A DNA stretch of 20,306 nucleotides from Cyanophyceae cyanobacterium (GTDB lineage Bacteria > Cyanobacteriota > Cyanobacteriia > Cyanobacteriales > JBHJGN01): positions 1 through 20,306 of the forward strand of contig JBHJGN010000076.1 in NCBI GenBank assembly GCA_050331735.1. Reading direction: 5' to 3'. Of this stretch, positions 1 to 7,918 are shown in pieces. The position numbers were made by a program, and so were the translations under genes. The notes beneath the pieces are model-generated. The model did not search any database and was not told the DNA's origin. It saw nothing but the letters and a program-made list of their open reading frames with translations. Positions within the stretch are counted from its first letter, which is position 1, and each line of letters opens with the position of its first letter.

Positions 1-338
1 CCATCTGTATAAATCATCACCAGAAAAGCAACGGTGGTGACGATAACCAGCATTAAAGCACTCAGATGGTCGATGGTATAGCCCATCGAGAGATGAAAAT
101 TTCCGGCGGCTGCCCACTCCACAGTGCGGGTAAAGGCTTCATGACCGTGAATTTGGCTCCACAACAGCGCAAAGGAAAGCGCCATCGCCCAACCTAACAA
201 GGAAACAATAAAGGCAGCGTTAATCTGCCGCAGGCGAGCTGTCGCTTGGCTAAAAGAGATTAGCCCAACGCCAACTAGCGTTGCTCCTACCAGTGGCAGG
301 ACTGGAATTAACCAGGCGTATTGGTAAAGCGGTTCCAT
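1..338 (-). CDS. ndhF1: NAD(P)H-quinone oxidoreductase (NDH-1) subunit F1, N-terminal part; runs off the window
   Basis: Not in the ORF track. Manual translation from ATG at 338: MEPLYQYAWLIPVLPLVGATLVGVGLISF...EWAAAGNFHLSMGYTIDHLSALMLVIVTTVAFLVMIYTDG, the typical NdhF N-terminus. Confidence 0.95.
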   Translation of the reverse strand, partial: MEPLYQYAWLIPVLPLVGATLVGVGLISFSQATARLRQINAAFIVSLLGWAMALSFALLWSQIHGHEAFTRTVEWAAAGNFHLSMGYTIDHLSALMLVIVTTVAFLVMIYTD

Positions 339-651
339 TACAAATGCCTACTTTATATTTCTTCACTATCTAATTTACTGCTAACAATTGTGACACACAC
401 CATTCGTTTGGAAAGTATTTATTTCTGTTTTGCCCTATCTAAAGCAATCGAACCTATTCCATTTCCTTGAACTACCACCCATCGATTCAAGGGGAAAGCG
501 CTGTGGACGCTGGGGTAAGGGAAAAAAGGGGGGCGGAAAGGCCCGTGCTTATTCCTCGCTCCTTTGCCCGTCCCGCCGGGGCTTTCTTTCATGCTTGGCT
601 CAAATTCTCCAATCTTTTTGAGTTTTTTCTTGGTACATTTATACTATTGGT

Positions 652-821
652 TCGAGATAAGCGCATAGCGAATGAATGCGCAGCTACATAAGCCAAGTCC
701 GTTTCCACGGACGACAGCAATGGTCGATTTGAGGAATCGGCGCCGGCAGGGTTTGTCTAAACGTTCCGGCGGCTGCGTTGAGCAAGCTCAATAGCAGCGG
801 TTTCGGTTCCGCCGCTATTTT
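652..821 (+). ncRNA. Candidate structured sRNA or leader RNA (family not recognised)
   Basis: -10-like TATACT/TACTAT at 640-647, then five consecutive hairpins and a terminator-like stem. Confidence 0.35.
790..821 (+). terminator. Putative intrinsic terminator upstream of the photolyase gene
   Basis: AATAGCAGCGG (790-800) pairs with CCGCCGCTATT (809-819) with one mismatch; T-run at 818-821 is short. Confidence 0.55.
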
Positions 822-907
822 GATCCCTACTCCACGCTAAAACCCGGAAAAGTGTTCCTTTTTCCTTTCCCCCTTCCCCTTTTTCCGTCCCGCAGGGACT
901 ACTGTTC

Positions 908-2335
908 ATGTCCGACTTAATTCTTTTTTGGCATCGCCGCGACTTACGCATGGCCGACAACGTCGGTCTGACCGCTGCTCGTGATCAGAGCCCAAAAGTC
1001 ATCGGGGTCTTCTGTCTCGATCCCAGTATTCTCGAGAAAGATGACGTTGCCCCTGCTAGAGTTACCTACATGATTGGTTGCTTGGAGTCCCTCCAGCAAA
1101 GCTACCGGGAAGCAGGCAGCCGCTTACTGATTCTTAACGGTCAACCGAGACAGGCAATTCCCGCGTTAGCCACCGCCCTCAACGCTAAAGCGGTATTTTG
1201 GAACTGGGATGTTGAACCCTATGCCCAAATCCGCGACAAGGAGGTTTTAGAGGCGTTAAGAGAACACGCAATTGGAACCCATACAAGCTGGGATCAGCTC
1301 ATGCATAGACCTGGAGAAGTCATTACCAAGTCTAGCAGTAAGCCCTACACGGTTTTTACTCCTTTTTGGCGCAACTGGCAAAGTCAGCAGAAAGCAGACC
1401 CTCTCCAAACACTTCAGGATGCCGATGATATTACCCATGAAGAACGCTTAGCGGCGGAAGCAGGTGGAGCGATCGCTCTTCCTTCGGCAAAAGATCTGGG
1501 CTTTGTTTGGAACCAGGAACTGCCCCTTGGCCCCGGAGAACGAGTGGCGCAGGATAGACTAGCTGAATTTTGCGATCGCGCGATTTTTGACTATGGAGAA
1601 CAGCGGGATCTGCCAGCAATCGACGGCACTTCCAGACTCAGTGCGGCCCATAAATTTGGAGCGATCGGCATTCGCACCGTCTGGCAGGCGGCGGAAGCAG
1701 TTTACAACGAGTGTCGCAGCGATGAAGCTCGCAACAACGTGCGCACTTGGCAGCAGGAACTAGCGTGGCGGGAATTCTATCAGCACGTGATGTACTTTTT
1801 CCCCGACTTAGCAGACGGTCCCTATCGTCAGGAGTTCAAAGAGTTTCCGTGGGAAGATAACCAAGACCATTTTCAGGCCTGGTGCGAGGGCAAAACTGGC
1901 TACCCCATCGTTGATGCGGCGATGCGGCAGCTTAACACCATCGGCTGGATGCACAACCGCTGTCGCATGATTGTCGCCAGTTTCCTCACTAAAGACTTGC
2001 TCATCGACTGGCAGTGGGGAGAAAAATATTTCATGCAAAAGCTCTACGATGGCGACCTCAGCGCCAACAATGGCGGCTGGCAGTGGAGCGCATCTTGCGG
2101 TGTCGATCCGAAGCCGCTACGGATCTTTAACCCTGCCTCTCAAGCGCAGAAATACGACTCAGAAGCGGAATATATTCGCTGCTGGCTCCCCGAACTCAGT
2201 TCCGTTGATACAGAACACCTCGTCACCGGAAAAATCCCCGCTGACGAGCGCGATCACTGCGGCTATCCTCCCCCCATCGTTGAGCATAAGCAGCAACAGC
2301 GAGAATTCAAGCAGCGCTACCAGGAACAGAAGTGA
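908..2335 (+). CDS. phrA: Deoxyribodipyrimidine photolyase (class I CPD photolyase)
   Basis: 475 aa; motifs WHRRDLRMADN, WREFY, GKTGYPIVDAAMRQL, GWMHNRCRMIVASFL, ANNGGWQW, RIFNP. Confidence 0.95.
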   Translation: MSDLILFWHRRDLRMADNVGLTAARDQSPKVIGVFCLDPSILEKDDVAPARVTYMIGCLESLQQSYREAGSRLLILNGQPRQAIPALATALNAKAVFWNWDVEPYAQIRDKEVLEALREHAIGTHTSWDQLMHRPGEVITKSSSKPYTVFTPFWRNWQSQQKADPLQTLQDADDITHEERLAAEAGGAIALPSAKDLGFVWNQELPLGPGERVAQDRLAEFCDRAIFDYGEQRDLPAIDGTSRLSAAHKFGAIGIRTVWQAAEAVYNECRSDEARNNVRTWQQELAWREFYQHVMYFFPDLADGPYRQEFKEFPWEDNQDHFQAWCEGKTGYPIVDAAMRQLNTIGWMHNRCRMIVASFLTKDLLIDWQWGEKYFMQKLYDGDLSANNGGWQWSASCGVDPKPLRIFNPASQAQKYDSEAEYIRCWLPELSSVDTEHLVTGKIPADERDHCGYPPPIVEHKQQQREFKQRYQEQK

Positions 2336-2356
2336 CAGTGAACAATCAACAATCAC
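2336..2356 (+). repeat. STRR-like heptamer tandem repeat between convergent genes
   Basis: CAGTGAA CAATCAA CAATCAC directly after the photolyase stop. Confidence 0.55.
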
Positions 2357-2364
2357 CAAGGTCA

Positions 2365-3318
2365 CTAGCTACGATACACCGACTGAATCCATTCCCATTC
2401 TCGGGCTAAACCTTCTACGAGAGAGACTTTTGGATCGTAGCCGATTAGATTCTTGGCTTTGGTAACATCTGCTGCGGTGTGGCGAGCATCCCCCCGCGCT
2501 TTGTCAATGTGGTTTCTGCGAATCGAGTGGCCGACCACGGTTGCCATTTTGTCGAGCACATCGGTCAAAACGACTCGACTGCCGCCACCAATGTTGAACA
2601 CTTCTCCCACTGCCTTGGGCATCGTGGCGGCGGCTAAGTTAGCGGCGACGGCATCGCTGATGAAGGTGAAATCGCGCGTTTGCTGTCCGTCTCCGTAGAT
2701 AGAAATCGCTTCATCGGCGATCGCGGCTTTAAAAAATTTGTGAAATGCCATGTCCGGACGCTGACGGGGACCGTAGACGGTAAAGTAGCGCAGAGCGGCA
2801 ATGGGAACACCAAAGTTTTGATGGTATAGCAAACAAAGCTGTTCGGAAGCTAATTTAGTAATGCCGTAGGGAGAAACGGGTTGAGGACAGATCGTTTCTG
2901 GTGTCGGCATGGTTTCGGCATTACCGTACACCGAGGAAGAAGACGCAAACACGAGCCGCTGTAGCGTTGGTGTATCTTTAGCAGCTTCTAAAATTACCTG
3001 TGTGGCGTTGATATTACGTTCGGTGTAGTGGCGAAATCCTTCTCCCCAGCTTGCTCTGACCCCGGCTTGTGCTGCCTGATGATAAACCACTGCCACATTG
3101 TTGAGCAACGCTTTCCAGTCGAGGGACAGAATATCGGCTTCGATCAGCTCAAACGAGTTATGTTTCACTAGGGCAGCCACATTTTTACGCTTTAGAGCCG
3201 GATCGTAGTAATCGTTAAATTGGTCAATGCCAACGACTTTTTCTCCCTGAGATAACAAGACTTCAGCGATATGCGAACCGACAAAGCCAGCCGTACCAGT
3301 AACAATATGAGTAGCCAT
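2365..3318 (-). CDS. NAD-dependent nucleotide-sugar epimerase/dehydratase (UDP-glucuronate 4-epimerase-like extended SDR)
   Basis: 317 aa; GTAGFVG Rossmann motif, ASSSSVYG, YGITK (YxxxK), RYFTVYGPRQRPDMAF, RDFTF. Confidence 0.92.
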   Translation of the reverse strand: MATHIVTGTAGFVGSHIAEVLLSQGEKVVGIDQFNDYYDPALKRKNVAALVKHNSFELIEADILSLDWKALLNNVAVVYHQAAQAGVRASWGEGFRHYTERNINATQVILEAAKDTPTLQRLVFASSSSVYGNAETMPTPETICPQPVSPYGITKLASEQLCLLYHQNFGVPIAALRYFTVYGPRQRPDMAFHKFFKAAIADEAISIYGDGQQTRDFTFISDAVAANLAAATMPKAVGEVFNIGGGSRVVLTDVLDKMATVVGHSIRRNHIDKARGDARHTAADVTKAKNLIGYDPKVSLVEGLAREWEWIQSVYRS

Positions 3319-3463
3319 ACAAGAAATTGGGAAATTCTATTAACTTCCAATTTTGGCCTATTTTATCCAAGATAGCTGTTCATTTGTACAACCCCCGAGG
3401 ATGTGAAATAATAAAAGCCATTGATCGATTCAGATCCTATCTAGCAATGGTTTGGGAGAGCTG

Positions 3464-4720
3464 ATGAAGGTTTTGGTCGTTGGTAACGGAGGCAGAGAAC
3501 ACGCTCTGGCCTGGAAGCTGTTACAGTCCTCAGCCATAGAGCAGGTGTATTGCCTCCCGGGAAACGGCGGTACACAACTGCTGCCTGGTTGCCACAATAT
3601 TTCTCTCTCCGTTGATGATTTTGCTGGCATTGCCCAGATCGGAAAGGAAAAAGCAGTCGATTTAGTTGTTGTTGGCCCAGAACTTCCCCTAGCTCAAGGA
3701 ATTGCCGATTATTTGCAAGAGCGAGGCTTGACTGTCTTTGGACCCAGCCAAGCAGGAGCGCAGATTGAAGCAAGTAAAACCTGGGCAAAAGACTTGATGC
3801 AGGAAGCGGGAGTGCCCACGGCTGCTTCAGCAACGTTTACAGATCCAGAATCTGCTACAGCCTACGTCAAGCAGCAGGGAGCCCCCATTGTGGTTAAAGC
3901 CGATGGGCTAGCGGCAGGAAAAGGCGTTACGGTGGCGATGTCTTTACCCGAGGCACAACAAGCCATTGAGGAGCTATTTGGCGATGGGTTTGCTCAGATC
4001 GTCATTGAAGACTATCTTGAAGGAGAAGAAGCGAGCGTTCTCGCCCTTACTGACGGACTGGCTGTGCGTCCGCTGCTTCCGGCCCAGGATCACAAGCGTA
4101 TTGGCGAAGGAGATACCGGAGAAAATACTGGCGGAATGGGCGCTTATGCTCCGGCTCCGCTGGTGACAACGGCCCTGATGGAGCACATTGAGCAAGAAAT
4201 TCTCCAGCCGATTGTTAAGGCGTTGCGCGCCAGAAACATTGACTATCGAGGCGTCCTGTATGCTGGATTGATGATCGCTCGCGGGGAACCCAAGGTTTTA
4301 GAATTTAACTGTCGATTCGGCGACCCAGAAACGCAAGCGCTCTTACCGCTCCTGAAAACTCCTTTAGAGGAACTGATGTTGGCCTGCACCGAGCAGCGCC
4401 TAGCCGAACTGCCTCCCATTCAGTGGCGAGAAGGAACGGCGGTTTGTGTGGTGGCGGCAGCTTCGGGCTATCCCAGAACATACCCGAAGGGCATGGTGAT
4501 TTCCGGCATCGATCACGCTGAGCAGCAGGGAGCCGTGGTGTTTCATGCCGGCACTGAGCAGCAGCAGCAGTTAAAAACTAGTGGCGGGCGCGTTCTGGGA
4601 GTAACCGCCGTCGGTAAGGATTTTGCAGCGGCGATCGCCACAGTCTATGCCGCGATGGAGCAGGTTCAGTTTGAGGGCATTTACTACCGTCGCGATATCG
4701 GTCATCAACCGTGCCCTTGA
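3464..4720 (+). CDS. purD: Phosphoribosylamine--glycine ligase
   Basis: MKVLVVGNGGREHALAW, VVKADGLAAGKGV, QDHKR, NTGGMGAY, EFNCRFGDPE, GGRVL. ATG 3464 follows GGAGAG and is preferred over TTG 3452. Confidence 0.97.
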   Translation: MKVLVVGNGGREHALAWKLLQSSAIEQVYCLPGNGGTQLLPGCHNISLSVDDFAGIAQIGKEKAVDLVVVGPELPLAQGIADYLQERGLTVFGPSQAGAQIEASKTWAKDLMQEAGVPTAASATFTDPESATAYVKQQGAPIVVKADGLAAGKGVTVAMSLPEAQQAIEELFGDGFAQIVIEDYLEGEEASVLALTDGLAVRPLLPAQDHKRIGEGDTGENTGGMGAYAPAPLVTTALMEHIEQEILQPIVKALRARNIDYRGVLYAGLMIARGEPKVLEFNCRFGDPETQALLPLLKTPLEELMLACTEQRLAELPPIQWREGTAVCVVAAASGYPRTYPKGMVISGIDHAEQQGAVVFHAGTEQQQQLKTSGGRVLGVTAVGKDFAAAIATVYAAMEQVQFEGIYYRRDIGHQPCP

Positions 4721-4778
4721 TGAGATTTGTTAACCGCTAGCAACAAATCTATAAATATACCTTGCCGTCAGAAAGGTC

Positions 4779-4784
4779 TATAAT
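4779..4784 (+). promoter_or_regulatory. Putative -10 box of the nblS promoter
   Basis: TATAAT about 40 nt upstream of the TTG start, in an AT-rich intergenic region. Confidence 0.4.
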
Positions 4785-4824
4785 TGAATACACAAAAGTA
4801 TACACTTTTTAGAGCGGAGCTCCC

Positions 4825-6810
4825 TTGCTGAATTTTCTCCAATCTCTTCGAGAAATCCTGGCCCGCTGGTGGTCGGAGTTTACCCTTCAGACCCGACTCA
4901 TGGCAGCAGCGACCTTAGTTGTCTCTCTGGCCATGAGCGGCCTGACGTTTTGGGCTGTTAATACCATTCAGCAAGATGCTCGCCTCAACGATACGCGATT
5001 CGGACGCGATTTGGGTTTGTTGTTGGGAGCCAATGTCGCGCCTTTGATTGCTGAAGGAAACTTAACCGAAGTCGCTCGCTTTTCGGGACGTTTTTACCAG
5101 CGCACTTCCAACGTGCGCTACATCCTCTATGCCGATGAGGATGGCAAGATCTTCTTCGGCATTCCTTTTTCTGAAGCGCAGGTGCAAAACTCCTTGACGA
5201 TTCAGCGCCGCATTGAGCTACCGGAAAGCTATGCTCGAAACTCCGAGCTGCCGATGGTGCGTCAGCATATGTCCCCAGACGGAGAGGTGACGGATGTCTT
5301 TGTCCCTCTCAACCTGGGCGACAACTATTTAGGGGTTCTGGCGATCGGCATTAATCCTAATCCGACTGTCGTGGCCTCCTCTAATTTAACCAGAGATGTG
5401 ACCATTGCCGTCTTTGTCTCGATCTGGGCAATGGTCATTTTAGGAGCTGTCTTTAATGCTCTGATGATTACCAAACCCATCAAGGAGTTGTTGTTGGGCG
5501 TTAAAAATATTGCCGCAGGCAACTTTAAGCAGCGTATTGATTTGCCTCAAGGAGGAGAACTCGGCGAGCTAATTGCCAGCTTCAACGATATGGCAGAACG
5601 TCTAGAGCGATACGAGGAGCAAAATATTGAAGAACTTACCGCCGAGAAAGCCAAGCTAGAGACGCTCGTTTCTACCATCGTTGATGGGGCCATTCTGCTG
5701 GATACTCAACGGCGGTTACTGTTGGTCAATCCGACTGCTCGCCGGATTTTCGGTTGGGAAGGACAGGAAGTTGCAGGACAAAATCTCCTCACCCTACTCC
5801 CAACTGGCCTCAGTCAGCAGCTTGACGGGATTCTCCATCAGATTACGGCAGCACCAACCTCCAGACCAGACGATATCGAGTCATCCTTAGAAACGTCACC
5901 GGATCGCGGCGAGTTTCGCTTTACCCTCACCGAACCAACTCAGCGAACAATTCGCGTTTCGCTCACTCAAGTGCTTGACCAGTATCGAGAGAGCGTTAGA
6001 GGAATTGCGATGACCGTCCAGGATATTACTCGTGAGGTGGAGCTAAACGAGGCTAAAAGTCAGTTTATCAGCAACGTTTCTCATGAACTGAGAACCCCCC
6101 TGTTCAACATTAAATCCTTCATCGAAACTCTTTCTGAATTTGGGGAAGATTTAAGTCAGCTCGAACGGCGAGAGTTTTTAGAAACAGCTAATCATGAAAC
6201 GGACCGCCTCACGCGTCTTGTCAATGATGTTCTCGATCTCTCTCGACTCGAATCCTCTAGAGCCTATCATTTTCAGGCCGTAGATTTAGCGTCGCTGATT
6301 GAGCAGACGCTACGAACCTACCAACTCAACGCTAGAGATAAAGGCATTAAGCTGCTTCAAAACATTGAGGCTGACTTGCCTAATGTTCTCGGTCACTATG
6401 ACTTGTTGCTTCAGGTATTGACTAACCTGGTAGGAAACTCCCTCAAGTTTACCAAAGCGGGAGGATTAGTCGCTATTCGCGCCTATCAGCTATCGGAATC
6501 TCGATATCCGACGATTAGAGTAGAAGTTTCAGATACCGGCATCGGCATCGATCCAGAAGATCAAGAAGCTATTTTCGATCGCTTCTTCCGAGTGGAAAAT
6601 CGCGTACATACTTTAGAAGGAACTGGGTTAGGTCTTTCGATTGTTAAAAACATTATTGATAAACACAACAGCCAAATCCACCTCATCAGCGAGGTAGGAG
6701 TGGGAACAACGTTTTGGTTCAATCTAGAAATTTATGAACCCAGTCAGCTTCAATTGAGCAGCGTTCCGTTGACAAAAAGCAATTTTAAACAGTTACCAGT
6801 TACCGATTGA
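4825..6810 (+). CDS. nblS: Multi-stress sensor histidine kinase NblS/Hik33/DspA (2 TM, HAMP, PAS, HisKA, HATPase)
   Basis: 661 aa; WWSEFTLQTRLMAAATLVVSL N-terminus, SHELRTPLFNIKSFIETL H-box, RVENRVHTLEGTGLGL; adjacent to purD as in other cyanobacteria. Confidence 0.96.
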   Translation: MLNFLQSLREILARWWSEFTLQTRLMAAATLVVSLAMSGLTFWAVNTIQQDARLNDTRFGRDLGLLLGANVAPLIAEGNLTEVARFSGRFYQRTSNVRYILYADEDGKIFFGIPFSEAQVQNSLTIQRRIELPESYARNSELPMVRQHMSPDGEVTDVFVPLNLGDNYLGVLAIGINPNPTVVASSNLTRDVTIAVFVSIWAMVILGAVFNALMITKPIKELLLGVKNIAAGNFKQRIDLPQGGELGELIASFNDMAERLERYEEQNIEELTAEKAKLETLVSTIVDGAILLDTQRRLLLVNPTARRIFGWEGQEVAGQNLLTLLPTGLSQQLDGILHQITAAPTSRPDDIESSLETSPDRGEFRFTLTEPTQRTIRVSLTQVLDQYRESVRGIAMTVQDITREVELNEAKSQFISNVSHELRTPLFNIKSFIETLSEFGEDLSQLERREFLETANHETDRLTRLVNDVLDLSRLESSRAYHFQAVDLASLIEQTLRTYQLNARDKGIKLLQNIEADLPNVLGHYDLLLQVLTNLVGNSLKFTKAGGLVAIRAYQLSESRYPTIRVEVSDTGIGIDPEDQEAIFDRFFRVENRVHTLEGTGLGLSIVKNIIDKHNSQIHLISEVGVGTTFWFNLEIYEPSQLQLSSVPLTKSNFKQLPVTD

Positions 6811-6880
6811 TGGTGCTGAGTGTTCAGTTGCCATGCTTAGATAGTTCATGGTCTAACTCGTTACTGGTCACTGATTACTG
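6790..6880. repeat. STRR-like heptamers in inverted orientation at the convergent nblS/zinc-ribbon gene junction
   Basis: CAGTTAC x2 (6790-6803) and GTTACTG GTCACTG ATTACTG (6860-6880). Confidence 0.6.
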
Positions 6881-6884
6881 CCTA

Positions 6885-7229
6885 CTACAGCAGGGTAAAC
6901 AGAAAAGCGATCGCTAACAGCCCGAGCAGCAGCAATAGTCCTTGATTTCTTTGCAGTCGCCTCCCCAGAGAAGAGCGATTGGCCAAAGGAGCTGTCTCTA
7001 GCGTAGGCGGTGTGTCTTGATACATCGTACAGGTTTTAGCGTAGGGGCGCTGGGGAAACGTACAGGTATCGTCTAAATGGTAAATGCAGCGATCGCACAA
7101 AAAAGTATCTTTCTCCGCTCTGTGTAGCGGAATCCCTGGATGACCAAACGCTTTGAGAGGCGTTTTACAGGTGGGACAGGTGACGGCTTGAGCATCAACA
7201 CGCTGATGACAGCGGGGACAAGTAGGCAT
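6885..7229 (-). CDS. Conserved cyanobacterial zinc-ribbon protein with C-terminal membrane anchor
   Basis: MPTCPRC...CPTC...GHPGIPL...CDRC...CTFPQRPYAKTCTMY and hydrophobic tail LLLLLGLLAIAFLFTLL; ATG 7229 preferred over the upstream GTG. Confidence 0.85.
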   Translation of the reverse strand: MPTCPRCHQRVDAQAVTCPTCKTPLKAFGHPGIPLHRAEKDTFLCDRCIYHLDDTCTFPQRPYAKTCTMYQDTPPTLETAPLANRSSLGRRLQRNQGLLLLLGLLAIAFLFTLL

Positions 7230-7299
7230 TGTTAATTGACACAAACAACAAGTTGTTTCCTAAAGGAGACTGCGCTGCTCAGTAGTTAGCAAACAAGTA

Positions 7300-7617
7300 C
7301 TAGCGGTCAAAGTGAGAAAACTTCCGCACCTGATATTCCAAACTTTCAACCATCTGATACTGATTCTCTTCCATGGCTTGAGCAAATTTCTGTTCGGTGG
7401 TATCTAATACTGTTTGAGGAATTGATTTCCACTGTTGGCGAGTTTGCCATCTAATTACTAAGTTAACGTTTTCCTGAATTTGTGGCTCAATCCACACTTC
7501 TTTACCCAAAAAGCCGTCGTAGCTGGCCAGAACGGGAGTCCAAATCCGAGCATCTTCACGAATAAATTTTTCTCGCGCTGTAGGATTAACTTTGAACTTT
7601 AACCATTCAATCACCAT
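7300..7617 (-). CDS. Uncharacterised cyanobacterial protein, TIGR03792 family (ABM-like dimeric alpha/beta barrel)
   Basis: 105 aa; MVIEWLKFKV...REKFI..D..IWT..L..Y.GFLGKEVWI...IRWQTRQQWKSIP signature. Confidence 0.85.
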   Translation of the reverse strand: MVIEWLKFKVNPTAREKFIREDARIWTPVLASYDGFLGKEVWIEPQIQENVNLVIRWQTRQQWKSIPQTVLDTTEQKFAQAMEENQYQMVESLEYQVRKFSHFDR

Positions 7618-7627
7618 ACTATCAATA

Positions 7628-7858
7628 CGCCGTCGGCGCGGGAAAAGGGAAAGGGGGAAGCGCCGTCGGCGCAGGGAAAGAAGTTGCTCAGCAACGGGAA
7701 AAGGGCAAAGGGGAAAGGGAGGTGAGGAAGCTTGTTCCTTAGCCCTGTGTGCTTTCCCCGTCCCGGAGGGACAGTTTTCCCTTTTTCCATCGCGATAGCG
7801 ATTTTTCTCCCGTTCCGTAGGAACATTTTACCCTTTTCCTCTCCGTCGCGTTCGCGAC
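7628..7858. repeat. Composite intergenic repeat: purine/pyrimidine tracts studded with 11-14 bp palindromes
   Basis: Palindromes at 7628-7638, 7660-7672, 7683-7695, 7760-7772, 7789-7802, 7812-7824 and 7845-7858 inside GGGAAAA-like then TTTTCCC-like tracts. Confidence 0.8.
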
Positions 7859-7918
7859 TGATTCTGATCCTCGACCGTTAAGCTAGTAGGTAGAATGAAG
7901 CAGTTAGGAGGACTTGAG

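Noticed and set aside
389..404. Possible CRP site (TGTGA)
   Set aside because: The second half-site is CCATT rather than TCACA.
430..960. ORFs 430-621, 467-691 and 757-960
   Set aside because: They translate purine/pyrimidine repeat tracts (G/K/R/F-rich), mostly have non-ATG starts or overlap phrA antisense, and show no recognisable motifs.
1256..5890. Short overlapping or antisense ORFs inside phrA, the epimerase, purD and nblS (e.g. 1971-2465, 3441-3833)
   Set aside because: Shadow frames of well-conserved genes with no domain features.
7592..7858. ORFs 7592-7798 and 7611-7826, and a CRISPR interpretation of the palindrome array
   Set aside because: The ORFs are translations of repeat DNA. 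The palindromes are only 11-14 bp, differ in sequence, have low-complexity spacers, and no cas genes are present.
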